DNA of 58,535 bases, filler included, from Sphacelaria rigidula (lineage: Eukaryota): the NCBI GenBank assembly GCA_964200075.2. It is 5 parts of 5 records of this genome, joined end to end, with 100 filler letters (N's around TTAATTAATTAA, not from the genome) between each part and the next. Parts side by side here need not be neighbours in the genome. Positions count along the whole stretch, not along the records: positions 35,186 to 46,812 come from CAXNAA020004688.1; positions 46,913 to 58,535 come from CAXNAA020004689.1; 3 more parts are not named here. One strand, given 5' to 3'. The position numbers were made by a program, and so were the translations under genes. Positions 35,429 through 47,647 of this stretch are shown here, one piece after another (position 1 is the stretch's first letter; the number at the start of each line of letters is the position of its first letter). A model generated the notes under the pieces. It worked only from the letters and a program-made list of their open reading frames with translations, was not told the origin of the DNA and ran no database searches.

Positions 35429-38400
35429 GTGTCGACCGAAGCCATTGATGCCACGGTCAACCTGGACGGCCCGAAGCGATCGAACTACGATCCCGATGAG
35501 ATGATGGAGGAGCAGCGGGAGCGACAGCTGAGGAAGCGCCTGAACAAAACATTCAAGGAATTTGCATCAAAGGTGAAGTACGAAACATGGTTTATCAATG
35601 GGTATTCTGACGACTCGTGCTGTGTCGCCCAGCAGCGGGGGATAAGATGCGATGCACCACCGTCCTGTCCCCGTCGTCCACGATCCGTCCTCATTTTTTG
35701 TGTGTTAGATGCAGTTATCTGCAGCTTCGCAGACGTCAATTTTGTCAATAAGCTATCGATTTCGGTGGGCCCCTCGCCTGCTCCCACTTCCACTCAACCA
35801 TCTGCTGTCGTGGGGGTGTCGTGTCCACCACCTCCATCCAATACCAAACGAGCGTGTTTGTCCTGACGCTTGTGGTAGTAGCTGGACCTCCCCCCCCCCC
35901 GCCTCCGTTGAAGGGGATGGTGCTGTGGTCAAAGTCACCCATTCAGACTTGATTTTTTTCGCTGTGATTTGTCAAGCATACCAGAATTTCGTGCGTGAAA
36001 AACTTACTTGCATTTTTCACGCTGGTTGGGTTGAGTGCTGCTGCGTTTTGATTCATTGTGCACTTACTATTTTGTCGAACATACCTGTATCAAAGGGTTT
36101 TTTACACAATGGGACGTTGTGTTGACTGTATCTCGACTGCACCCCTCCCCCCCACCCGCCGCTCCCCAGTCTCCTCAGTTCCTCAAAGTAGCGATAATGG
36201 CCAACTTGACGTGTCCTGTGAGGGCGGGTGTTTCGAAAATGCTCACACAAAATGTTCTTTCTTTTCTTTTTTTAGGTAACTCGGGCAGCTCGAAGCGACG
36301 GACACCACTTGGAGTTCGACATTCCGTTCGAGCAGCTTGGCTTCCAGGGGACACCTTTCAAGGAGGCAAGCCTCTCCGTTGTCGTCAGTGTTGCAAGTTG
36401 ACTCACGAATGGCTTGCCAACCAGAAAGGCTCTTCCTCCTCGTGCGCAGCAAGTCGATACGAAGGAACAGACCAACCGTTTCTGTTACGAAACGTCGTCC
36501 ACCATGGGCATACCGACGCCCCGTGTGTTGGTTGTTATGTTGCATTATGTTATACTGATGTCGTACTCGACGTGAGTTTTGTAGCTTCATCTTGAGGGGG
36601 GGGGAGGGGAGTAAAACCATTAGCTCATCCCCTAAAATATTACGGAGAACGTGATGGTTGACTGACGACCGCGCTGAAGCGCGAGGTGGCCTCTCGGAGT
36701 AGAAAATTGTCGGGCGACCTTCAACGCCGTCAACCCCGATGCTGTAGCTTGGGCAATGTTTTTTCCCCTTCTTTTGTCGGTCTGTACGAACCACCAATTC
36801 AAGTATGCCGTGTATGCCCTGTGTGATGTCAAGCTCTGATGGTGTAATTGTGCCGAAACCGAAGTGGTTGTGCTTCAGTGATCAGTCGTGCTTCTGAGTT
36901 GTGTTTTTGCGTAGGTATTGCGACCCAAGGAGATGATGTGCTTCGCGTTTGGTCCATTCGGCGATACAGCTATTCATGTGTGCATGTGTGTGTTGGGTGT
37001 GTCTGGTGACCCATCATGTACTCGGTGGTGATGTGCCGTGTGTTCAATGGCTGAAAGGTGTACTTCGAAGTACAGTTCATGGTGAACCGCGTACATATGG
37101 ATTCTGATGTACCTATTATGGCCGTTGTTTCGTGACTAGCTTGTACAAAAAAAATCTGTCCGAGTGACTTTCATAGGAAGCAAAGGTTGCGAAAATTCAA
37201 GCGTAGCTGTGGGTGTGTCGTCGTGTGAAACGGCTTGGATATCTTTTGGCGTGTGTGAGGGAAAGGGTGTATCAGTGTGTGCAGCAGGGTGTTTTTTCAG
37301 TCGCTCATCAACAGTGCTGTGGTTTCATGCTCCTTTGCGCTCGACTTTGTTTACGTTGCAGGCTGCCATTGTCGGTGTCTTTTTTCTTTTTTTCGTGTAC
37401 CGGTGAAGTCGAACATAGAGTGTTGGTTTTTTGCTCTGTATTTTTCTCCGTCCTTTCGTTCTTCCGCGATTAATTTTGTTCAATCCACCTTGTTCCGCAG
37501 ATGGTGTTCATCCAGCCGACGACATACGCGCTGATCAACATCACTGACTTCCCGTTCTTCGTGGTACCCCTCAACGAGATCGAGCACGTGCACTTCGAGC
37601 GTGTGTTCTCCAGCTCGAAGACATGCGACATGAAAATTGTCATGAAGGTGCGAAAAAAAAATAGAGAAATTGTCATGAAGGTACGAACAGGTGCGTTGCT
37701 TCTTGAGCAGCCGGAGCTTCCCCCATAAACACCTGTTCGAAGTTTGATCGTTCAGCGTGTTATCGGCTAATGATGACGAAAACATCCAGGGGGACAAGAC
37801 GGGTTAGGTGGCGCATGAGAGGAGTAGGGATTGAGTTGGTTTGTCATGATCTTTCAAGCATCGAGCATCGAAGACATATATTGCAAGCGCAGGCGCAAAT
37901 CACTTCCCTGAAAAAACGTGAACCCCTGTAACCGTTTTGCATGGAAGCGTTAACGAAAAGTAAAATGTATGTCCGTGATCCTCGCCCCGAAGTTATGGTG
38001 GCCTAAAAATGGTCTGTCATAAAAAATCACAACTATTTTTCTTCAGGCGTGCTGGGGATGAGAGGAGTCTCAATACGAGTTTCGAGCTCCATACATCGCG
38101 TGCTCTAATGCGTTGCAGACGGGTTAGCCGGGAACAAGCACCGACAATTCGCTGGTATATCGGAGCATATTACCTTCCATATGCGTTTGGCCATCATTTC
38201 ATATCCCGACATGCGTGCTAAGCGTGTCGTTACGTCTCACAGCAGGAACTATGTACAGAAAATACAGCTGAATTGGATGATGACAAAGCACAACCGACAC
38301 TCTCATCTTATTTGGTTTGGTAGACCGTGTGGAGAGACGAATCGCAGCATGAGTCAGGTATTTTTTAAAGCCTGCTCACGAGACTTCTCCAGGACGCCCG

Positions 38401-41400
38401 AGCTGTGGGTGCATTGGTGGGTGGTGCCGAAAAAAGTGAAAAAAGAGAAAAAAGAAGGGAATATAGTTCCGAAATCGTGTTACTTCGTGTTTCCAACACG
38501 CCTGTAACTCACGACTGCACCGACAGAAGTGCCCACGTCGGGAAAAGCCCTTCACGAGAGTTTTCATTCAATAGTAGTCAACATTAATTTGCACGTGGGT
38601 ATTGTTGTCTCACCACCGAAGATGAAATGCAAAAAGCCCCTGCACAGTGACGTGACTTCCCCCCAAGTTTATTTGCTTGGAAAATTTGGCTTCTCAAATC
38701 CAGGCGAGAAGAGTACACTGCTTTAGTGGAGGTTTTGTCATCAGAACGTCGACGTTGTCTCGGATCGTTATCGTTCTTATCTTAGGGCAGCTTGCAGATG
38801 CCGCTGCTGGCTTTGCCATGAGCACATGATGGAGCACACACAGGGTTGGAGGTCGCTCTGGTGTTGGAAGGGGTGGTGTGGGTTCGTCTATGCTCTCCAC
38901 GTAACCAAACGCAGCTTACATGCCGCTAACTATATTTTTGTTGTTTTTCGGGTACATGTTTCTGTTCTATTGGTGGGAATGATTAATCCTTTTCGTATCG
39001 ATGCGCTATTTCTTGCTCGACTTGTACGTATGGCGGACGTGTGTAACATATATTAACAACACTGACGATGGCAACAGTATGTAGTACTATTAAAGACCAT
39101 GAGGCAAGCATATATCGATCAGGCACATTAATCATACGCAGTTCGTCATCGAGGATTTTTTTTCAGCCTATATATGGTACTGTATGTACGCACTGTGAGC
39201 ATTCTTTTTTCATAGTTAGAAAGTGTTTCCATTTGAAGTGCTCATCCCCTACACTGTAACTACTGTCGCAAGACCCGTGAGAGCCCTCTTTTATTTGTTT
39301 CCTCGCAGTGTCAGTGCGTATGTGGATCCTGGTCACTGTACGCTCGACCCCCCCAGACACCCATGAGGCAGTGTGTAACCCATGGCTGTCCCTGGAAGCG
39401 GCGATACCAGAGAATAAAGCACTCGTTGAAGGCTGTCATCCAAATGCAAGATGATCAGTAGGCTTCGGACCCAACAATGTTGGCAGGATGCAGCTCACCC
39501 TTCATGCGACTCGCCGAACACACCACGGCGCTTGGCGCTTGATGATGGATTGCGAGCCTGGCACGGCGAAAACACGGCGTGCTCCGTCCCGGCTTTGTAG
39601 GGATGCGAGGTCAATGATCATGTGCTTATGGTAGCAAGGTCATGAGTACACCGCCTCCCATTCCACCCCATTCAACTTTTTTTTTGTTCTCTCTGCTTGC
39701 TCATATATGGCGGTGTTGATGTTGCTCTTGTTGTCGCGATTTGCTGTTGTGCTGTCAGGACAACATGTTGGAAAACGGAGGAGAGCCGAGGACCATAAAC
39801 ATGATTGATCAGGTGGGTCGAATCAAACAATAACAACAAGGGTGGCCATGGTATATATGCATGATTCCGGAACGTTCTCCCCAAAGATGGTTCACAGTAT
39901 ATGCGCGCTTGTTTTCAAATGAATTGTTGTTTGCTTATTTCGACTGCATTTGTACGTTGCTATGTACGTGTATGTTACATAACAAAAGCTTTGTGACTGT
40001 GCGAAACAAAGGCTTTACTGCCGTAAAGATCGCGTTCCCCGTAACATGGCGGAGAGATGACCGTAGAGACATGAGTACTTTGTAGCTGGGTGACCGCGGG
40101 AGCTTTGTGGGGAAATGAAAATTGAATTTCGAATGGAGAATTCTCGGTTGAAAGCTATTTTTTTGCGAGTTCTTTGGTTGTCATCACTCATCACAGTGAA
40201 AGGGTTCAAGGGTTTGACGCCGATTCGTGCGGAAGTATCAGTCTCAGAAGAATGTTTTCGAATAGAAAAATTGCTCCAGCGATAAATCATGGATGATTTC
40301 AGGAGCGAACCGGTCGCCCGGGGTCAGACGAGTATACAACCAAGTTCTGGCTCTCTGTTGTCTTCGCTTGATCGAATCACTCCCGATCGCTGTGGTCCAC
40401 AATCTCGTCCATGCCCACTTTTTGTGAGGGTTGGCCACTTACTGTCTGGCAGCCGAACACTTGTGTTCTTGGATCAAAATACGGATAATAACACCCCTCC
40501 CCCCCGCGCTATCGAAGGGATTCTCACGCTACATTGTGTCGACAACGCGAAACGGACGAATGGCCGCCGTAAACGACCCGTTTCTTGCACCGATATTCAT
40601 CGGTTTTGAAACTCTCGAGTGACAGTGGCAAGTCATCTGCGAAAAACCGTCATTGAAATAATCCTCCGTTTGAACGTCGACTACTGTACTGGACATTCAT
40701 GTGCCGTTACCTTCGGCGCTGCCACCATTCAGTCAGGCTGCCGGCGTGTGGGGCTGTTTTTTTCATTTAGGTGGTGCACACAAAGTTTCTTTCTTCAGAT
40801 TGTGATGGAAGTTGCTTCTCTGCAGACATCCTGGGCATACGTCTGTGTCTTTTGTCTTCGCCTCCAGTACGATGTTCATTTGTTCTTGCTTTTTTCTTGT
40901 TTCTGGACAATACTCCGGGCCGGTTGCTGGCTGAGTGCTCCCGGCCGGTTTCGACGTGAAGATGATTCAGATGCTGTTGGTTGTCATATTTCCTCCATGC
41001 CCTGAACCGTCGTAGTAATTGTGCATGATGTGATGTGCGTTGCTCTTCCTAGTTCAGTGTAGGGCCATTTTTCGGCAGGAATGCTAGTTTGACAATGCGC
41101 ATGAGTACGTCTGTCTAATGGTATGCTCATGTGAGGAACCAGCCGATTAATATATCAAAGCCCAAGTCGTTTTTACTGTTACAGTATTCGGTTGCTGTTT
41201 TTTTGGTAGCCCCAGGATGACTGATCGAGCAAAGGTCCTGCTCTTTCAGTGTACATGTGTAACACTGTTGTTGTTGGTGGTGGTGCGTCGTACAGAACAA
41301 ATTCCTGAACAAGATCATGTCGTGGCTTGAGGAGTGCGAGGTAACGTACACACAGACGGCCAAGCCGTGGAACTGGAAGGCCATGATGGCGGACATCCGC

Positions 41401-44400
41401 TCAGACAACCGCTTCTACCTGGACACCGACGAGGACGGCGAGAGGAAGCCGGCCGGATGGTGCGTATCCACCCAAAGAGCGTTGGCGCGAAACGTATTCC
41501 ATGCTTCTTTTTTTCCCTTCTGTTTTTCGTTTTTTGTGTACCTACTACTTACTGTTGGGTTGAGAGAGCTCACCATTCCGGAGCCCAACGTGCAGATACG
41601 AACCGACACCGCCAAATCATATTTTGATTCCGAAAATATAGGAGATCAAGCCGAGAGTAGCATGACTTCAGTACATCGAATTGAAGAGTTGCAAGGGTGG
41701 GGCGAATGAATGATTCGTCCAGAAATTACTTGATTTTAGTGTAAATGATTCGTACCGTACGAATCAAACCTTGGGCTTTGTTTTCAGCGTTGCAACCCAG
41801 GTACACGCAGCCCAGGCATGTGGAATGACGCAAACATTGCGTGGAGATCTTTTTGTCCAGCGGTAAATCTTTTTCTCCTTGTTGAGCAATCAGGCCTGAA
41901 AATTCGTGGATTTGGTGATTCGAACCGGCGATGATTCGTCCGAACCGTGAAGAGTTGCGACATTCCCAAGCATACCCACGCGAAAGCGTATTCCGCGTTA
42001 CTACGAGTAGGTGTCGACTTACTGTGGGTCCAGAGCAGAATTGTATGTGTATTTATGCTGAATCAAGTGTACCTGCGTTGTTGTTTTCCAGTGTATCCGA
42101 CAAGGCGTGAAGCAGCCGTGGGCCAATCGGCGTTTCGGCCAGGGCTGCCATTCGGCTATACTGTAGCGGCCACGCACGCCTGTAGGTGTCGCACAGCCGA
42201 CCTACCCCGCAATCCGATAATTTTTCATGTAGGTAACTAGATTTGGCAGGGAGAAAAGAGAAATATAAAAGCATCGTACCCTCATTGTGTGTGGTGCGAG
42301 TGACACGCCTGCTGTAGACACGGGGTGCTCTTTCGCGAAACCCACGCACCGGGCCTCTCCCCGCCCCAAACACTCCAATCCTCGCAGAGATGAGAAAGCA
42401 ACAAGAAAGTTCTTCGGCCGTTGCGCACGCTTTCGACGTTCGTCAACTGGCTTCACCAGCCCTTGTTATATATGCATGGCGGTAGTGTCACGTGCTCTTT
42501 GTTCGCTGCAGCTTGTGCTTGATGCCCTACTTCCATTCAACGCTTGAGTAGTTTAGCGTGTTCCTTCCCTTGCCAGCATACATACGTGTTGAGATCTATC
42601 TGTCTTTTTCAACACCACACGCGTGTCCATGATTGTTTCGTGTGTCCTTGTTTTTTTCTCGTTTTTCTTCCTTGTTAAACGCCCCCGCCCACACACACCC
42701 ACACCCCATTCCTCCAGGGCTCGGCTGCGAGAAGATGATAGCGAGGATGAAGAGGATGATGGGGACGGGGAGAGCGACTTCGAGGCAGAGAGCGAGAGCG
42801 AGAGCTCGGACGACGACGATGATGATTCGGATGTGGATTCAGACGATGATGATGACAGCGACGAGGATGTGAGTTTTTTGTGTATAATCTTTCAGTGGTG
42901 TGCGTGTGTGTCCTGGGCGCTTGGTGGAATTGCTTTGAAGCTAAAAGAAAAGTGTTGTTGATTGGGATTACCGTGTTGCTTTATTTTCTTACTTGCGGTG
43001 GGTCGAGCAGATGTTGCTCCGGTGACGACTAAGTGCTAGACATGTGTGTGTGTGTATATATATTTTTTTTTTTCACGCGGCAGGCGGTTCAATCGTTCCA
43101 CCGCGGAGCAGTCCATGTCACTCCACGTTGCGCCGTCGCACCCACTTTGTTCATTGGTTTTTGTGTATGCTTGCTTCTGCAGCGAAGATTCCAACATCGT
43201 TGCATGTTGAAATATGAACGTCCGTCCCCCAATTTGGTTTTGTCGTTTCAGCGTTCTTCCTCTTCGATAATATGAAGACGTTATTTTGGAAGGTTAAGCA
43301 TACAAACACAGCGCACTTGGCGTCTGATGATGCTGAAACTTCCACGGATGTGTAGGTTGAGGGCGCAGGTAGGTGTTGACGCAACAGTGTCGGCGACACG
43401 AGGCGTTTCGTGCGCTGAGTGGGTTGACGGGGTGATTATGCACGACGTTTCGACTCCTTTCGCAACATCTTTCATTTTTCGATGACAAGTATAGAGCAAG
43501 AGATATCGTATCGACGCGGAGGCAGCAGCGCAGCAGCAGATGTTGCCAGCATAGTCGTTTAAGTCGGCCAGCTTATCGGTTGACACGCGCAGTAACAGAA
43601 ATAACCACCACTCAGGCTTCGTCATATCTTTGAGCTTGCTGCCCTTGGGGTTTATACACCGTTTCGCGCAAGTCATGGCCGTATAGCCGAGTCACAGAGA
43701 ATGGTGTATTTTGCCAAGCATCGCTGTGAAGCTGTTCTATGAGAGGGCAACGTCCCCTTACAGACAGTACGAGCACTTGAGTGGGCGACATCACTAGAGA
43801 CTGACCACGACAGGGGCGATTGCTCTTGTCTTCAGAATTAAGCTGCAGTTTTTGTGGGGCGGGCTACCCCGTGTAGATCTTGAGCTTTCTTCGACATGCA
43901 CCTGATTGACCTTTTGCAGACTTTCCCCATTTTACTTGCTCTCAGAGTGCGACAGAGGGCAACTTTCAATTTTCACGGATGCATCACGGGTATTCCAGCC
44001 CTGCCGAGGCGTCGTTCGCGCCGTACAGTCAGTACGGTACTGCCGGCTCGAAGGACATAGTGCTAATTTCGTCGTGAAATCATGTGGAATGATACATTTC
44101 GCGTATCTAGCGCTTCCTCCCTACGCAATGACATGTACCCTTTGTCACCGATGCGCCTCAGCCTTCGGTCTTGTCGGTTGCGCCACCTCGTCTTGCTGAT
44201 GTGGATCTGTGCTCCTCTATCCTCAGCACATTTCACGCCGTGGAGCATGGCCGTTTGTAATGTAGCCCGCGCCTTGAGGTCAAAAATCCAGCAAAACGCC
44301 TCCATGTTACTGGGAAGAACACTTTTTTACACTATAGTTCAGATTTGAAAGACTTTAGCTCACGTGGCTTAACGTATAAAAGAAAAACACGACCCAAATG

Positions 44401-44628
44401 CTATGTGCGCGACCGCACCCTATACGCCCATTCTTGCTTCTCCTCTTACTTACACTACGACTTACACTATCACTGCTACATTTATTCCACCAGGGGGACG
44501 ACGACCTAGAAGAGGAGGGCATGTCCTGGGATGAGTTGGAGAAGCAAGCAAAGCGTGATGACACCAACAAACGAGACTGGGATGGAGGGGGAGATCCGTC
44601 GGCCGCACCCAAGCGGCGGCGACGTTGA
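35429..44628 (+). CDS. SPT16: FACT complex subunit SPT16, 5'-truncated; exons 35429-35572, 36276-36365, 37501-37647, 39759-39812, 41296-41459, 42718-42868, 44494-44628
   Basis: Phase-consistent splice gives YDPDEMMEEQRERQLRKRLNKTFKEF..LEFDIPFEQLGFQGTPFKEMVFIQPT..PFFVVPLNEIEHVHFERV..INMID..IMSWLEECEVTY..WNWKAMM..AGW, a long acidic tract, EEEGMSWDELEKQAKRDD and a terminal basic PKRRRR. These are hallmark SPT16 middle and C-terminal motifs. The 54-bp exon at 39759 is the least certain. Confidence 0.95.
39355..39487 (+). repeat. Interspersed ~135-bp repeat family, copy 3 (SPT16 intron)
   Basis: Homologous to 1-126 and 34950-35085. Confidence 0.85.
39579..39659 (+). repeat. Poly-C-tailed short structured element, diverged
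   Basis: gtgctccgtcccggctttgtagggatgcgaggtcaatgatc...catgagtacaccgcctccc. Confidence 0.75.
41692..41949. mobile_element. hAT-like MITE (258 bp) in an SPT16 intron
   Basis: Perfect 8-bp TSD AAGAGTTG (41684-91, 41950-57); TIRs caagggtggggcgaat / attcgtccgaaccgtg; internal palindrome gattcgtaccgtacgaatc. Confidence 0.9.
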
Positions 44629-46431
44629 GAGGAGGACGGCAACGTTAAAAACACGATGGATATTCTACGGGTGGTGTTTGCCATCACATGACTGTACCTT
44701 TTGGGGTCTCAAGTAGCATCCACCACGGTGGACTAGACGAGGGCTTTGCGGTGACAATTTTCCTCGATTTTTCACGACCGTGGGACCTCTGATTCGTTGG
44801 TTCTCTTGTTGTCCTCGTGATTTATTTTGTTTGCGGTTGGGGGAGGAGGGAGGGGAGGGGAGAGAGGGTACCCCGGAAGGGGAGCGTGGTTCCGCTACTG
44901 AACTGTACTGTATCGTACTGTGCAGTTCGGAGCTGTGTGTGTTTTTGTTGTTTCGGCTATTATAGCGTGCGTTGGGATGATGACACTTCTGATGCCTGTG
45001 GTACGGCTTTTTCGTTGAGCAAAGAGGTATATTATGTTGAATATAAGCTGGGCTCAAGCGTCCTTTATTTGTCTGGTGTTTGATGAACACGCACTGGATT
45101 GGTATGGACTGCACGATCCGCGTTATGGCTACATGATGTGGGATTTGTTGGGTTCCACCCTTTTTCGTGACTGACCGCTGTTTTCTTTTTGTTTCGTTAC
45201 CGTTTCTTGCGCCTTCGGTAAATACTCTTGAAATAATATTTTCACGTGTATTCGTTCATCGGCAGATCCGGTCATGAGATGCGGGTTTCATATATATTAT
45301 ATTGCCGTTCGCTCAAGACTTTTTTTCATCTTCTCCTGAAATGTAGTACTTGTTTATGTCTGGGTTCGATCATGAGAGGCGGGTGCATTGCCGTGAGGGA
45401 CAGTCAGTGTATATTCCTGGGGTATGGGAGAGGAAGCGCTGGATACAGTAGCAAGAGACCGGCCCGAGTGGTGAATATCCCTCGGACTAGCTGCGTCCTC
45501 CTTGATTGGTCTTGTGGACCGTAACTCTTTGCGCTATGTACATGGTGTACACATTTGTCCGGTGCAGCTTTGCACACAAATGCATTTTGCCTCGAGAAAA
45601 CAGCGGTTGCAGGAGGGCTCCCAGGGTCCTGATACGTGGAAAAACACGGAAATGATTAGGGGGAGTGATTGGTGCTCCCTTCTAGTGCCAAGTATACACC
45701 CATGCATGATTTTGAACATGGAACTGCGTTGTGCTGCATCTCTCGTCCATGAGGAAGCGGGTATTGTCTTCGGCACTAAAATATCATATATGTGCGTGTG
45801 TATCGGCACTTCACTGGTGTTCCCATATCAGCAACCGACGGATCTACGAAGAGCAACGCAGCCAACGGTCTTCGATATTTTGCGAGTGAGATCGTTTGGG
45901 GAGGTGTGGCTATCTCAAAACGAGAAATTCCATTTCGCGAGCAGTGGCTGACGACACCATTTCTCTGTGGTCACTCTTGGGTCACATGAAGCGGACTGCT
46001 GTAAACACGGAAGCAAATCTGAACCGAAGGCGATCCAAAACAAGAAGGGATTAGATGAGCCAACGGTACAAGATTTCACTTTGTTTCACAGCACCTCCCC
46101 CTCCCTCCGCTGCGCTTGGTTGCCGATTTTGCGGCAGGAGACGAGTAGTATGTATGTACAGTATGTGACGTGCGCACGGGAGTGTTGTATTCAGCAGACT
46201 CGACATATTATAAAGTGCGGAAACGTTATGTTGTCTCGAATTATCGTGGGAGCTGAGCACGCCAGGTTTGTTTTGTGCTGGAGGGAGATGGTGGAAACAA
46301 CGAAAAACGCCGCACTACTGGTGGAAGTTCGGTCGGGGTCATCCCACAGGGGTGCGAATGAATTTTCCCGGCTGATATCTCGACAGCGGTGGTGCGTGGA
46401 AGTTGGTCGGCCAATTTTATTAAAAGCCTCA

Positions 46432-46700
46432 GTGAAATCTTCACACGTCGGACGAGTCATCACTCGTCGAAACGAGTGCACGCGTTGATATTCTTTGAAA
46501 ACACAACGAGCATGACTCGAGTACTCGCCCTATTATTTTTTCCACAACGGGCACTGACCCGGGCGCTCGCCCTCTTAATTTTTCCACAAACAACGAGCAA
46601 TGACTCGAGTGTTCGATTACCTCCAAAAACGGCCAACAACTCAACGGGCGTGAGTGCCACGAGTCACACTCGTGCTCGTCCGACGGATGGAGGTCTTCCC
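46432..46700. mobile_element. Small MITE with internal tandem repeats
   Basis: Inverted ends cgtcggacgag / ctcgtccgacg; internal repeat acaacgagca(a)tgactcgagt twice. Confidence 0.55.
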
Positions 46701-46812
46701 AACGGAGTCATACTCCGGTAGGGGTTGCATTTGGGCCCAAAATATTTCATCCGGGGGCTCCCAAAGTTGGGATTTACACAGGAACATGAATTAACAGCCG
46801 ATTCTCGAAAAT

Positions 46813-46912
46813 NNNNNNNNNNNNNNNNNNNNNNNNNNNNNNNNNNNNNNNNNNNNTTAATTAATTAANNNNNNNNNNNNNNNNNNNNNNNNNNNNNNNN
46901 NNNNNNNNNNNN
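46813..46912. other. Artificial contig-joining linker 4
   Basis: 44 N + TTAATTAATTAA + 44 N. Confidence 0.97.
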
Positions 46913-47119
46913 ATTGCAAATAGCATGTTGGGCCTCGTGGAAGTGCATTTATTTCGGAACTGAAACGATTCATTCACTGATTGACCGCTTTTCCCTCTCA
47001 ATCGTATCATCTACTCTAAATATCACGAAAACACTTCTATCTATCGGCGAATTGCTTATCCAGAGTGATATTTTCATACTTCGAATTCTGAGTTATCCGG
47101 CATTCGGAACAAATTCATC

Positions 47120-47647
47120 CGTGAAAATCCGTATCTTTTTAGCGGTTCGATCCGTAAGTTATGCCGCGGAGGACGCACAGACTACCTACGGAGTGGATAA
47201 AACTGCACCGTAAAAAACTGTGTTTCACGGTTCCAACCGCGCAGCTGCAATCTATACGGAGCGGAGCGGTTTTTTTAAATGACCACGGAGCGGAGAGGAG
47301 CGGATATCCGCTAACGAAAATGTCACGGTGCGGAGCGGATTTTTCGAATATGTTACGGAGAGGAGCGGAGCGGATATCAGCCAGTGGAAGAAATCACGGA
47401 TTGTCACGGTGCGGATATCCGCCCCGTACAAATGCCACGGAGCGGTTCGGATTGACAAACCGCCCCGTGATAATCCGTACGGCGCAGCGGATTGTCCTCC
47501 GTACACATCCCTGGTAATAACCACAATTATTACTGATATGTCTACTCACTGTATTAATACGGATGTATTAATACGGATATCCGCTCCCTGAGGGTTCAAG
47601 AAAAAAATCCGCACCGCGGAGCGGATTGTCCTCCGTACACATCCCTG
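47120..47647. mobile_element. hAT-like element remnant with many CGGAGCGGA subterminal motifs and a duplicated terminus
   Basis: gcggattgtcctccgtacacatccctg occurs twice (ending 47513 and 47647); dense (A)CGGAGCGG / TCCG motifs. Confidence 0.6.

Noticed and set aside
43324-43375. Hammerhead-like core CTGATGA...GAAAC
   Set aside because: No stem II, imperfect stem III and no stem I pairing.
2559-44628. Apparent functional cluster of CK2-beta and SPT16 (CK2 is known to associate with FACT) plus PLC
   Set aside because: The genes lie on different contigs joined by artificial linkers and sorted by length; adjacency is not biological.
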